This document shows, in pieces, positions 35,681 to 44,938 of a DNA stretch of 58,954 bases. Within the stretch, counting starts at the first letter, position 1; each line of letters begins with the position of its first letter. Source of the stretch: a virus (taxonomy: Duplodnaviria; Caudoviricetes); IMG/VR virus record IMGVR_UViG_3300044997_000299, positions 1-58,954 of that record. The stretch is one strand, 5' to 3'. The notes beneath the pieces are model-generated. The model was not told the origin of the DNA, searched no databases, and saw only the letters and a list, made by a program, of their open reading frames with translations. The position numbers and the translations under genes were made by a program.

Positions 35681-36211
35681 TCAAGTGGTTAAATGCTCAA
35701 TCATATTATTTTTAGCAATGAGCTTACAAATCATTATAAAATCTTTCAAATTCAAATTATTTTTCATGCTATTAATAATAGCACAGCAAAATACAAGGTT
35801 ACCATCTATGTAGGGTTTTGTACTATCAATCCGATCAATAGAAATATTATATAAAGTTTTACCAACACCTAACGTGTGCGTCATTTCAATTCCAGAGTAC
35901 GGACACCGCATTCCAAATTTTTGATATTGTTCTTGCCAAACATCTAAAAACTCACTTAATGAAATTAAACATTCGGCTCTTTTTGAATTTTTACGTTGTC
36001 TATTTAATCCTTGATAAGTTCGTCTTACAAAAGCAATTGAATTCAAAGACCATCTTTGTTTTTGTTCCTTATTTTTACAATCCTTACACCAAGAATCAAG
36101 GGTTTCTCGATCACCTCTTTTATAAAAAAGTGTTGATAATTTTTTTTGTTTGCATTTTGGACAATTTTTATAAGAAGTTTCCTGTGCCGTTGTCAATGTT
36201 TCTTCGTTCAT
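35681..36211 (-). CDS. Cys-rich HNH-like endonuclease
   Basis: CPKC...CKDC; RCPYSG...SIDRIDS.KPY..GN....C...N.MK. Confidence 0.75.
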   Translation of the reverse strand: MNEETLTTAQETSYKNCPKCKQKKLSTLFYKRGDRETLDSWCKDCKNKEQKQRWSLNSIAFVRRTYQGLNRQRKNSKRAECLISLSEFLDVWQEQYQKFGMRCPYSGIEMTHTLGVGKTLYNISIDRIDSTKPYIDGNLVFCCAIINSMKNNLNLKDFIMICKLIAKNNMIEHLTT

Positions 36212-36515
36212 TGTATTTTTTTCGCCAGTTAATGTAATTAATTTGTTCTTTAGTGAAATAAATTTGTTCGTTGTCGACCATTTTAAGATATTTTTCTCTA
36301 ACTGTTTTATCGTTTAAATCTGCTAAGTTACAAATGATCTTAAAGTTTTCACTATTATTTATAAACCACAAGTGAGCTTGATATTTAAACATAATTAACG
36401 ATCGTTCCATTCCGGGATAAATAACATCCTCGAATGCTCGTTGAATTACTGCTCTCCAAAGTTTTGTTTCTGGTAAGACTTCGTCTTCGTAAATTTCTGT
36501 TTTTAGCTCCTGCAT
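36168..36515 (-). CDS. conserved phage protein (possible transcription regulator)
   Basis: E.KLWRAVI..A..D...A..WF.....F..IC.LA. Confidence 0.6.
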   Translation of the reverse strand: MQELKTEIYEDEVLPETKLWRAVIQRAFEDVIYPGMERSLIMFKYQAHLWFINNSENFKIICNLADLNDKTVREKYLKMVDNEQIYFTKEQINYINWRKKYNERRNIDNGTGNFL

Positions 36516-36523
36516 TGTAGTTC

Positions 36524-36588
36524 ATTTAGACGAAGGCCGGCTAGGTATGGTAGCTCTTTAACGAGATCAAACCGACCTTCATCCAAAT
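36524..36588 (-). other. 19-bp RNA stem-loop in 5' UTR
   Basis: AUUUGGAUGAAGGUCGGUU/AGCCGGCCUUCGUCUAAAU with 4 G-U pairs. Confidence 0.65.
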
Positions 36589-36806
36589 CACTTTACTACA
36601 CGTAGGCCACGCATAGCCAAACGATCCTTATTGGTTCGTTTATAAACTTCATCAAGATAGGATTTAAATCCTAATGTACTATCACTAAAGCCAAAAGTGG
36701 TGCCACAATAGAGACCGAATAGTACAGACGATATTTTTCTATACTCTTCTCTCGTTGTGCGAGATGCGATAATCGCTAATGTTTTTCCAAATTCTGTCTT
36801 GTTCAC
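36588..36806 (-). CDS. hypothetical protein
   Basis: 72-aa ORF, C-terminal LRVVK. Confidence 0.6.
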   Translation of the reverse strand: MNKTEFGKTLAIIASRTTREEYRKISSVLFGLYCGTTFGFSDSTLGFKSYLDEVYKRTNKDRLAMRGLRVVK

Positions 36807-36894
36807 AAGTTTTCATTTGTTGTGCCAGCAGATTATTAGAATTAAAGACACAAAAACAAATATTATCTCAATCCAATGTAAACCAACTAGCAGT

Positions 36895-37107
36895 TCAAGC
36901 ATTGTCCGTGATTCGTGTTTCTTGAGTCGTTTTCCGTGAGTCTAGGTGTGATGTACACTTGGGGCAATTTATAAAGTTATTTAAGTCCTTGTACAAGAAA
37001 AAAATTGAAGGATAAAAACCTTGTTTTTTAATATAATTATTACCCTTACAAACTGTGCAATTATTTTGATTTTTGGCCATTTTTATGTTCCTTAAAGATT
37101 TTTTCAA
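36895..37107 (-). CDS. small CxxC zinc-finger protein
   Basis: CTVCKGN...CPKC. Confidence 0.55.
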   Translation of the reverse strand: MKKSLRNIKMAKNQNNCTVCKGNNYIKKQGFYPSIFFLYKDLNNFINCPKCTSHLDSRKTTQETRITDNA

Positions 37108-37276
37108 GGTAGGCCTCTGGACTCATTTTTTTTAAATTTGCACGTCTTTCTATTTCTTTATCAACTAATAAAGCTATAAAAGCTGCAGGGTTACGATACT
37201 CTTTATCGCAAAGCGCTAATAATTTATCATAGCTTGATTTTCTAACCGCAACTGACTTCCAGTTTTTTATGTCCAT
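37061..37276 (-). CDS. putative ribbon-helix-helix DNA-binding protein
   Basis: KSVAV strand followed by two helices (YDKL..L...R......LL). Confidence 0.6.
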   Translation of the reverse strand: MDIKNWKSVAVRKSSYDKLLALCDKEYRNPAAFIALLVDKEIERRANLKKMSPEAYLEKIFKEHKNGQKSK

Positions 37277-37426
37277 TTATTTTTCTCTTTTATTTATTAA
37301 TGTTTCAATTTTATGAGGCATTGTTATTACATCACTTGCAGTTATTTTAAATCCATTTACTGTAAATAAAGTGGGACCCATACATCCAATTAATAATAAT
37401 AGTATAGATATTAAAATTATTTTCAT
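37277..37426 (-). CDS. 49-aa lipoprotein (not in ORF track)
   Basis: MKIILISILLLLIG-C lipobox. Confidence 0.6.
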   Translation of the reverse strand: MKIILISILLLLIGCMGPTLFTVNGFKITASDVITMPHKIETLINKREK

Positions 37427-37608
37427 ATTTTAAAATCTCGTATCATTGCCCAACGTTCCTCGATTGTGGGTTCGTTACGCAGTTTCCAAAAAATTCTTAA
37501 TCGATTTTTTAATGGCGGGTAACTTTTGCCATCTGGGTGATTGTCCATATAATATTTTCTAGACGTGTATAATAAAAAATTATTAATTATTCTTTTAATA
37601 TATTTCAT
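37423..37608 (-). CDS. hypothetical protein (start revised to MKYIKR)
   Basis: ATGA coupling. Confidence 0.5.
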   Translation of the reverse strand: MKYIKRIINNFLLYTSRKYYMDNHPDGKSYPPLKNRLRIFWKLRNEPTIEERWAMIRDFKI

Positions 37609-37697
37609 GTGTATAGAACAATTGTTAAGATCATTAATAACCAACAAATTATGATGAACAATAACCAAGGGTAAGGCTCAAAATTATTTAATTTCAT
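37605..37697 (-). CDS. 30-aa membrane micropeptide (not in ORF track)
   Basis: MKLNNFEPYPWLLFIIICWLLMILTIVLYT. Confidence 0.5.
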   Translation of the reverse strand: MKLNNFEPYPWLLFIIICWLLMILTIVLYT

Positions 37698-37698
37698 A

Positions 37699-37776
37699 TT
37701 AATCCCTATAAATTTTTATGGCTATAATTATAGTAACTACTAAAGTTGATAAAATAACAAAATCAGTTAATACCAT
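37699..37776 (-). CDS. 25-aa membrane micropeptide (not in ORF track)
   Basis: MVLTDFVILSTLVVTIIIAIKIYRD. Confidence 0.45.
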   Translation of the reverse strand: MVLTDFVILSTLVVTIIIAIKIYRD

Positions 37777-37870
37777 TTTTTTTCTTTCTTAGATTACCAA
37801 ATACATCATATTTTTTTTTATACATTGCTATTCCTTTTTTTAACCATGCAGGTTGTTTACTTTTCTTCAT
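37763..37870 (-). CDS. 35-aa basic peptide (not in ORF track)
   Basis: MKKSKQPAWLKKGIAMYKKKYDVFGNLRKKKNGIN. Confidence 0.4.
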   Translation of the reverse strand: MKKSKQPAWLKKGIAMYKKKYDVFGNLRKKKNGIN

Positions 37871-37871
37871 A

Positions 37872-38105
37872 TCAATGTCTAAACCCCCTAATATCTAAAA
37901 TTGCTTGTTCTGGAGTATAATTATATTTTTGTCCTAATGCTACAAAAAAGTTTAAAACTCTTTTTTGAGCTTCTTTTTCATTTTTAGGTTTTTTCCCATT
38001 ACAATAAACATGTTCTGCAATTAAACTATTGCAGTCATATTTTTTCGTTAACATTTCAATCCATTTATATAAAGGATGGTTTTTATCAACTACTATTTTT
38101 TTCAT
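37872..38105 (-). CDS. hypothetical protein (start revised to MKKIVV)
   Basis: ATGA coupling, GGAG RBS. Confidence 0.6.
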   Translation of the reverse strand: MKKIVVDKNHPLYKWIEMLTKKYDCNSLIAEHVYCNGKKPKNEKEAQKRVLNFFVALGQKYNYTPEQAILDIRGFRH

Positions 38106-38200
38106 AAGAAACTCCACAATACAAAACACGTTACCAGTAAACTAAATCTTGGTAACAATGTGTAAAACAAAATTAATGTAACAAATAAAAATAAAATCAT
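38102..38200 (-). CDS. 32-aa membrane micropeptide (not in ORF track)
   Basis: MILFLFVTLILFYTLLPRFSLLVTCFVLWSFL; coupled on both sides. Confidence 0.55.
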   Translation of the reverse strand: MILFLFVTLILFYTLLPRFSLLVTCFVLWSFL

Positions 38201-38403
38201 TTAACACCTTGGTATTGTTTAATTATATGATCTGCAATATCACTGTCTATTAAAACATATCCTGTGTCGTTTAACTGTAATTTTAAATTACAAAGTTTTT
38301 CTTTACATGCTTTATAAAACACGCTATCTGACAAATCATTTTTAGGCACAGCTTTAGCTATGTCTTGTACTTCTTTTAAATACTCAAACCAATCTTTAGC
38401 CAT
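38197..38403 (-). CDS. hypothetical protein
   Basis: 68-aa coupled ORF. Confidence 0.6.
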   Translation of the reverse strand: MAKDWFEYLKEVQDIAKAVPKNDLSDSVFYKACKEKLCNLKLQLNDTGYVLIDSDIADHIIKQYQGVK

Positions 38404-38687
38404 TATTTTTTTATTGAATTAATAAATTTTCTATAAACACTTGCTGCTGAAGTTTTACCCATAACTCTTGCTCTTTGTTCCATGGCGATAGCCGCTTGTA
38501 TTTTATGTGCATGTGTTTTACCACTATTTTTTATTTTAGATACGCTTTTTTTAGCGTCCGCTAAAGTTGCAAATTTTAATCCCCTAATTGTCCCTTTGGG
38601 ATTTTCATCTGTGTACAAATCTGAGTGTTTTTTTGATTTAGCTGGTTGTCCAGGTTTTCTAGGAATTCTTTTCATTGCATTTTCCAT
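38403..38687 (-). CDS. small basic conserved viral protein
   Basis: HSDLYTDENPKGTI.GLKF...HAHKIQA...MEQRA. Confidence 0.7.
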   Translation of the reverse strand: MENAMKRIPRKPGQPAKSKKHSDLYTDENPKGTIRGLKFATLADAKKSVSKIKNSGKTHAHKIQAAIAMEQRARVMGKTSAASVYRKFINSIKK

Positions 38688-38893
38688 AAATTAATTATTT
38701 TATTTGTTTGATCTAATAATTCATTAAATTTTTCAATTGTCGTATCAAAAGTCATTGAAACTTTTCTGTGGTTCACAAACATTGAAATTGTTTTTTCTTT
38801 ATTATTAAATTCTACAGAAAAAGACTCAATACTCAATGGATTAAGTTTAATTAATTCCCTTGTATCTAACTTAAATTCAGTAGTTACATTCAT
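38672..38893 (-). CDS. hypothetical protein, probably leaderless
   Basis: ATG 8 nt after a TATATT -10 box. Confidence 0.6.
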   Translation of the reverse strand: MNVTTEFKLDTRELIKLNPLSIESFSVEFNNKEKTISMFVNHRKVSMTFDTTIEKFNELLDQTNKIINLWKMQ

Positions 38894-38986
38894 ATCCCAT
38901 GAATATATAAATTAAGAAGATAATGTCAAGTAAAAAAACAACTAAATATTAAGGATATTGACAAACTATCCCATAATATCTACTAA
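38893..38986. promoter_or_regulatory. divergent sigma70 promoter pair with TATCCCAT half-sites
   Basis: - strand TTGACA (38924-38929)-16-TATATT; + strand TTGACA (38958-38963)-17-TACTAA; TATCCCAT at 38893 and 38967. Confidence 0.65.
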
Positions 38987-38992
38987 TACCTC

Positions 38993-39250
38993 ATGAAATT
39001 ATATCGTTTCATTGCACGTTATGCAGGGCAACGTATAATAATAGACGTTAAAGCACATAACGATGATGAAGCTAAGGTTAATTTCATAAATGGGTTAAAG
39101 CAAGGCGGAGGAACGTGGAGAGATGAAAATATGTATTCTCCTTCCAAAGTTTTCATAACTTATGAAGAAATAAATGATGATAGAAACGTTACAGTCTCTG
39201 TTACTAAAAAAGATCAGCTTGGAATCCAAGTGGAACCAATCTTATCTTGA
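38993..39250 (+). CDS. hypothetical protein
   Basis: 85 aa behind the + strand promoter. Confidence 0.65.
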   Translation: MKLYRFIARYAGQRIIIDVKAHNDDEAKVNFINGLKQGGGTWRDENMYSPSKVFITYEEINDDRNVTVSVTKKDQLGIQVEPILS

Positions 39251-39383
39251 TAATGGTTGCGAGACACCAGATATGAAGTGGATAGATCTTGAACTTAAAA
39301 AAACAAGACTAGCAATGAGAGATCTAGCCAATGTTGTTGCAAGACAAGAATTATTAAGAGAATACTCAGATATTTCTAGTTAA
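39174..39383 (+). CDS. hypothetical coiled-coil protein
   Basis: K..LESKWNQ.Y...G..T.DMKWI.LELK. Confidence 0.65.
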   Translation: MMIETLQSLLLKKISLESKWNQSYLDNGCETPDMKWIDLELKKTRLAMRDLANVVARQELLREYSDISS

Positions 39384-39413
39384 GGCAACAAAAAAAATAG
39401 AATAGTTAAAATT

Positions 39414-39605
39414 CTAAAGGATACTTTCGTCTTTAATATTTAAATTCATTTTTGTAAATAAAACTTTACCGTTTTTATATTGTCTAGATTTTTCTAAACA
39501 AATCGGACAAGCAAAAATACTTTCTTCTTTTGTTTTTCTAAAATGCACCGGGGTTCCACAATGAGGACAAATTCCTAAATTGACATATACTTCCTCTAAA
39601 TCCAT
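39414..39605 (-). CDS. small zinc-ribbon protein
   Basis: CPHC...CPIC. Confidence 0.65.
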   Translation of the reverse strand: MDLEEVYVNLGICPHCGTPVHFRKTKEESIFACPICLEKSRQYKNGKVLFTKMNLNIKDESIL

Positions 39606-41467
39606 TATGCATCTCCCCAGTCCTTTCCAATTGTAACATCGACTTTAGACGGCACAACTAATTCTGGAATAGAACTTTCCATTATTTTTTTTATTTCTTC
39701 TGAATCTTTGCTTTCCCTTACACTAAAGCATAATTCGTCATGTATTTGCAACATAGGTAAAAATCCAGCATTATAACAGTCAATCATAGCTTGTTTAACT
39801 TGATCTGCAGCTGAACCTTGAATGAGTCTATTTAAAGCTTTAAATGTACCGGATCTTCTAATGTTATTAATTCCATACTTTTGAACTGCATCATCATAAG
39901 TTGTTGATTTATTTAATCCCCAACTTGCAACTTCCCATTTATCAAATCTGCAACGTCTTCCTCTAATTGTTCTTATAGACCCATTTGCTTCTGCTGATTC
40001 TTGACACTTTGACGCTAATTGTTTTACGAAAGGAACTTTCTTGTTGTAATTCTCCAAAAGTTTTTTTGCTTCTTCTTCTCCGATTCCAAGTTGAGCGGAT
40101 AATTTTTTGGCACCCATTCCATAAAAAAGTCCCAAGTTAATAGTTTTCGCTTGTCCTCTAGGTATGCCCGCCATATCTGCGACTGTTTGATGGAAGTCTG
40201 CGTCGTCTTTCTCATAAGCTTTTATTAATTGATCTGATCCCTTAAATCCAACTGTGTAAGCATAGTGTGCCACAAGTCTTGGCTCCTGTTGCGAATAGTC
40301 GAATGAACCCCATAGTAAATTAAAATCAGGTTTAAATATAGATCTAATTTTAGATCCAAACTCTTTATTTTTTGCTGGAACTTGCTGTAAGTTTGGATTT
40401 GACATGGATAATCTGCCAGAAACTGTGCCCCCTGAATCTGATTTTAATTGATTTATTTCCGCGTGAATTCTGCCTTTATGTTGATACTTTATAATTGAAT
40501 CAATAAATGTAGATGTAAATTTGTTTATTTCTCTTGCTTCTCGCAGGTATTTTGCAATCGGTGCAGAACAATTTAATAGCCAATTTGCTGTAAAGCTTGG
40601 TTCTTTTGTCTTCTCTGTTCTTGGATAGTCTATCTTTAATTTATCGAAAGCTTTTGCTATACTTCTTGCCTCCCAAATTTCTACATTCAAACCGCATTCT
40701 TTGTTAATTTGATGTAATAAAGTTTTTTCTTTTTCTAAAAATTCTTTCTTTAATTTTTCAGCCTGCATGACATTTACACGTATTCCTTTTGCTCTCATTG
40801 AAATTAGAATCGGCGTAAGTCTAGTCTCTAAATCAAATATAGTTTGTAAAGAGTTGTCGTAAATTTTGAATTTTAAATATTGCCAAAGTTTTAAAGTTAA
40901 TGATGCATCTTGTTCGGCATAAAATCCTACATACTGTGCTGGTAGTTTATAAAGCTCCTGTTTAGCGTCTAGACCCCAATCGGCCGCTGCTTCTTTAAGC
41001 TCTTGTTCAGATTTTGTTTCGCCTAACCAATCGAAGCCGAGAGAATTTAGTGAATAGGAAAATCTATTTTCGTCTACAATAGCTGCAGCTATCATAGTAT
41101 CAATTATTCTTCCATTTTTAATATTGATCCCGTGCGCTCTTAACCAACCCACATCGTATGATGAATTGTGAAATATTTTATCACCTGAACCACTTACTAT
41201 GTCTTGAACCCAATCCATTACCATTTTGTAATCCATGTTGGAACCAACTTCATGACTGATAGGGTAATAACCAACAAAGCCTTCCGTGGCCACACCTATG
41301 CCTACAATGTTTCCGTCCATGGTAGGCCAACCAGATCCCTTTTCTTTTATGTTTGGATCTTTTGTTTCTAAGTCTATTGCTATTTCTTTTGCATTTTTTA
41401 AATCAGGAAAGTGTGTCGGGGGAGTCCAATCGGATTCTTTAAATACAAAATTTATTTGATGACTCAT
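39605..41467 (-). CDS. polA: DNA polymerase family A with 3'-5' exonuclease
   Basis: DLET exonuclease I motif, GRLS..NPNLQQ, DYSQQEPR, KTINLGLFYGMG, QIHDEL. Confidence 0.95.
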   Translation of the reverse strand: MSHQINFVFKESDWTPPTHFPDLKNAKEIAIDLETKDPNIKEKGSGWPTMDGNIVGIGVATEGFVGYYPISHEVGSNMDYKMVMDWVQDIVSGSGDKIFHNSSYDVGWLRAHGINIKNGRIIDTMIAAAIVDENRFSYSLNSLGFDWLGETKSEQELKEAAADWGLDAKQELYKLPAQYVGFYAEQDASLTLKLWQYLKFKIYDNSLQTIFDLETRLTPILISMRAKGIRVNVMQAEKLKKEFLEKEKTLLHQINKECGLNVEIWEARSIAKAFDKLKIDYPRTEKTKEPSFTANWLLNCSAPIAKYLREAREINKFTSTFIDSIIKYQHKGRIHAEINQLKSDSGGTVSGRLSMSNPNLQQVPAKNKEFGSKIRSIFKPDFNLLWGSFDYSQQEPRLVAHYAYTVGFKGSDQLIKAYEKDDADFHQTVADMAGIPRGQAKTINLGLFYGMGAKKLSAQLGIGEEEAKKLLENYNKKVPFVKQLASKCQESAEANGSIRTIRGRRCRFDKWEVASWGLNKSTTYDDAVQKYGINNIRRSGTFKALNRLIQGSAADQVKQAMIDCYNAGFLPMLQIHDELCFSVRESKDSEEIKKIMESSIPELVVPSKVDVTIGKDWGDA

Positions 41468-41679
41468 TTTGTGTAATCTCTTTTAATAATCATTTCACAA
41501 TAATGTATTGCTTTTTTAATATCAGCCAACTTACCTTTGTCTTGATGTCGTGTTATATATTTTACTACATTACCCTCTGCAAAAAATAATTTATTTTTAT
41601 TTATATATTGCGATGGTTGAATGGCATACTTTTTATAATGTTTTCCACCAACTTGTTTAAAAAAATTTTTATTTGTCAT
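41464..41679 (-). CDS. DUF3310-like protein
   Basis: QVGG.HY....IQP.......F.EGNVVKY..R...KG...DI.KA.HY. Confidence 0.85.
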   Translation of the reverse strand: MTNKNFFKQVGGKHYKKYAIQPSQYINKNKLFFAEGNVVKYITRHQDKGKLADIKKAIHYCEMIIKRDYTK

Positions 41680-41877
41680 AAATATATCTTATTTTTGGCT
41701 TAAATTTTTTATGATATTCGTCTCTAATTATTCTTAATCTTTTACACATTAACTGTAATATTTTTAAACGTTTTCTTATTAGTATTAATTCTTTTTTCAT
41801 GTTTTTTATGCTGTTAAAATTGCATAACTCTATTTTTCAACCAACTGTAGCACAACTGAGTTTTTACAATTTAAACA

Positions 41878-43458
41878 TTAAATATTTCTTTTAATTTCAT
41901 TTAACATTCTACAAAGTGGAAACGTATATTGATGATTACTTCTCAATATATGTAAGTTTTGTTTAGCTCTTGTTACTCCTACATACCATACTCTATATTC
42001 AGAGCAACGATCTTTTCCTATTTTATTTTCTAAATGAGCAGGCCAATTAGATTTTTCATAAATTACTACATCATTAGCTTCACCACCTTTAATTGAATGA
42101 ATTGTGTCTATAATAATTTCAGAATCTAAATCAGGATTGATATCAGCTTCAATTAATTTATTAAAATAATATTTGTCATGCTCAGAAAAATTTCTATTAA
42201 ATATGTTAGTCCAATCATCTTTAGGAACTCTAAGACCAGCTTCTGTAACTAAAAAATTATAGTCAAATAATAAATTGTTATTTATAGCCATCCATTTTTT
42301 ACTGTCTAAGCTTCTCCAACCATATGTTATTTCATTAATATAAGTGTAAAGAATTTGACATTGTTCTTTATTAATTTTATTACCACGCATTAATTGGTTC
42401 CAAAGTTTAATCGCTCTCCATTTATGTATGTCAAAAGACTTTGAACCTTTTGCACTTTGAAAAAATAAACCCAAAGTTTTTGCTTCTTGTTTTAATTCAT
42501 CTACAATTTCATTTGTTCGGCCAAGTATCATCCAACTGTCTGATGCACCAAAATTTATATCTTTAAGTCTTTGATATATAGTAATATTTCCTATATTTAT
42601 TTTAGGCACAAAATCTTTTTTCTTTCTACCTTTAATATAAGTTGCAATGTATTGAGAAAAATCGTGTATTGTTTTAGGTATTCTATAAGAAGTTTTTAAA
42701 ATAAAATCTTTACCAGGAAACTCATTAAAGTACTCTACTTCAGCTCCGTTCCACTCATAAATCGCCTGATCATCATCTCCCGCTATATAAATTCTATTAG
42801 AGTTGTTAGCTAACTTATAAATTAATTTCCATTGCAAAGGAGTTAAATCTTGAGCTTCATCTATAATTAAAACTTTTAATTTTGGTGCTGGAGCATTTTT
42901 AATATAATGCTCGATCATATCAGTAAAATCTACTCTATGATCTTGCTTATATTCATCATAAGCTTCAATAATTAATCTAAATTTTTCGTAAACAACTCTT
43001 TTAATTTTTTCTTCTTTGTATTGATCATCTGGATGAATTAATCTATTTCTTGCTTTGTCGTACACTCGTAAAGACCAATCATTCCAAACAAGATGTCCAT
43101 TGTAATTTTCAAATCTAACTCTAGGCAAACCTAATGTTTGAGCAAACTCTACCATATCTATATCAGGATCAACTACTGGAACTTGCTTATAATTTTGTCT
43201 GCAAAAACTATGTATTGTTCTAAAATTTCTTAAATCATCATCTGTGCAGCCTACAAATTTTTTAAATGCTCTATATCTTGCCTCATTAACTGCTTTATTT
43301 GTAAATGATAAGTAGGCCATGTCCCTAGGTTTGATGCCTCTTGTTATAAATTTATCAACTCTTTCTAGTAGAGTTGTTGTTTTTCCTGTGCCTGGAGGAC
43401 CATATATTTTAATGGTTCGGTTCTTCAAACGGTGCTTTTTCTCTTTTGAATAAGACAT
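41878..43458 (-). CDS. UvrD/Rep-like SF1 helicase
   Basis: GPPGTGKT, DEAQD, GDDDQAIY, TIHSIKGGE, YVGVTRAK. Confidence 0.92.
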   Translation of the reverse strand: MSYSKEKKHRLKNRTIKIYGPPGTGKTTTLLERVDKFITRGIKPRDMAYLSFTNKAVNEARYRAFKKFVGCTDDDLRNFRTIHSFCRQNYKQVPVVDPDIDMVEFAQTLGLPRVRFENYNGHLVWNDWSLRVYDKARNRLIHPDDQYKEEKIKRVVYEKFRLIIEAYDEYKQDHRVDFTDMIEHYIKNAPAPKLKVLIIDEAQDLTPLQWKLIYKLANNSNRIYIAGDDDQAIYEWNGAEVEYFNEFPGKDFILKTSYRIPKTIHDFSQYIATYIKGRKKKDFVPKINIGNITIYQRLKDINFGASDSWMILGRTNEIVDELKQEAKTLGLFFQSAKGSKSFDIHKWRAIKLWNQLMRGNKINKEQCQILYTYINEITYGWRSLDSKKWMAINNNLLFDYNFLVTEAGLRVPKDDWTNIFNRNFSEHDKYYFNKLIEADINPDLDSEIIIDTIHSIKGGEANDVVIYEKSNWPAHLENKIGKDRCSEYRVWYVGVTRAKQNLHILRSNHQYTFPLCRMLNEIKRNI

Positions 43459-44938
43459 TTGACCTTTCGATTATTGGTTCTTCTGGTTTCCTACAATACC
43501 AAATATTTTTAATTTTTAATTTATCATAATATTCTTTTTTAATTGAACCATTCTTTTTTAGTGTATTGATAATTTCAAATTTTTTTATTGCCTTATTATT
43601 TTTTCTAATAAATCTTTCAAAAGTTTTATATTTAAAAACTACATTATTATTGTGTAAATACCACATGTCTGCCTCTACTTGCGAAGCATTGTCTGCTTGT
43701 TGAGTTTCTTGTGTGAATTGAATCATTAAATCTGCAAATTCTTCTTGTGCTTCTTTATCTTCATCGTAACCCTCAATGTCTTGTTGCATTGTTTTTAATT
43801 GATTTAAAAATACTCTGAACTCCTTGTCTTTCAATTTTTGCCAAACCATATCAGCTTGATCAAATAATGCTTCTGCAAATAATTGTTGTTGATTACATTG
43901 TTTGCCATTTAATTCTATAGTTTTTTTGTCTATTGTTAAAAAATAAATTGGCGGATTAGTTTTTAATCTTTGAAACGAATCTACTTTTGGCATGTAAGCT
44001 GAACTGTCAATGCCATATAATAATGTTCTACATAAGCCAGCGTTACAGTGATCTTTCATTGGTTTGTCACTACACTTATATCCATAATCTTTTTTTTCAT
44101 AACTTTTAATTACAGCTTGAACTTCATGTGCAGGTAATTGTTCATAGAACTGATCATTACGATCCCAAACTTCTTTTTGCCATCCATCTGGATTTTTCTT
44201 TTTTGCAAGAGTCGCAAAAGCAGTAAGAGCATTATTTCTATATCCACCTTCACATCCATTTCTTATTATAGCTTGTAAGCAGGGAGGAAATTGATTAAAT
44301 TCTTTTTCTTCAATTAAACTATCATCTACTTTTATTGAAAAAAATTGTTCTTTTGTTAATCTAAACTTATCAATAAAACTATACCAATCAATTAAAGGTA
44401 TTCCTGCTCCATTATCATAAAGTGCATAACGTGTTGTCCTAGCCGCTTTTTGATAAGGAATATTTAACCAATTACCTAAATCATTTCTGTGAACCATGAT
44501 TTGTCTTTGTTTTGGGAATATTTCACAACTAGATAGTCCTAAATCAGTCGATAACAAACTAAGTTTATCAATCATATCAGAGGCCTGTATTGGTTCTTTT
44601 GTATGTAAAAATAAATGCACTCCACCTGACTTTGACCTATAAGGCACAAGTGGATACTTTTTTTTTCTAATATTTCCTATTAAATTTTTTACGTTTAAAT
44701 CGTATTTATCTACGTCTATGCATCCCCAAATACACGTATTGTCTTGTCGAATGGGTATAACACCTAAATTAATTTCACCATTTAAATGTTTTTGAAATAA
44801 TTCTTGAGTGAGAGGAGCACGCTTAGTTACAGCGCGCCCTCTCTCTTTTCCAGTCTTTTGGTCTTTATCGCCTTCAAGATAATATTCCCCGTAGGCAATA
44901 TCTAAGCCTTGAAATATTTCGATAAATTTCTCGACCAT
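43409..44938 (-). CDS. AEP-family primase (PrimPol-like) with C-terminal PriCT-like domain
   Basis: WGCIDVD, RSKSGGVH, EIFPKQ, PPC...G.RNN. Confidence 0.8.
   Translation of the reverse strand: MVEKFIEIFQGLDIAYGEYYLEGDKDQKTGKERGRAVTKRAPLTQELFQKHLNGEINLGVIPIRQDNTCIWGCIDVDKYDLNVKNLIGNIRKKKYPLVPYRSKSGGVHLFLHTKEPIQASDMIDKLSLLSTDLGLSSCEIFPKQRQIMVHRNDLGNWLNIPYQKAARTTRYALYDNGAGIPLIDWYSFIDKFRLTKEQFFSIKVDDSLIEEKEFNQFPPCLQAIIRNGCEGGYRNNALTAFATLAKKKNPDGWQKEVWDRNDQFYEQLPAHEVQAVIKSYEKKDYGYKCSDKPMKDHCNAGLCRTLLYGIDSSAYMPKVDSFQRLKTNPPIYFLTIDKKTIELNGKQCNQQQLFAEALFDQADMVWQKLKDKEFRVFLNQLKTMQQDIEGYDEDKEAQEEFADLMIQFTQETQQADNASQVEADMWYLHNNNVVFKYKTFERFIRKNNKAIKKFEIINTLKKNGSIKKEYYDKLKIKNIWYCRKPEEPIIERSNVLFKREKAPFEEPNH

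Noticed and set aside
41669-41877. Possible 43-aa basic ORF (41669-41800) between helicase and DUF3310
   Set aside because: No RBS or motif; too weak to call
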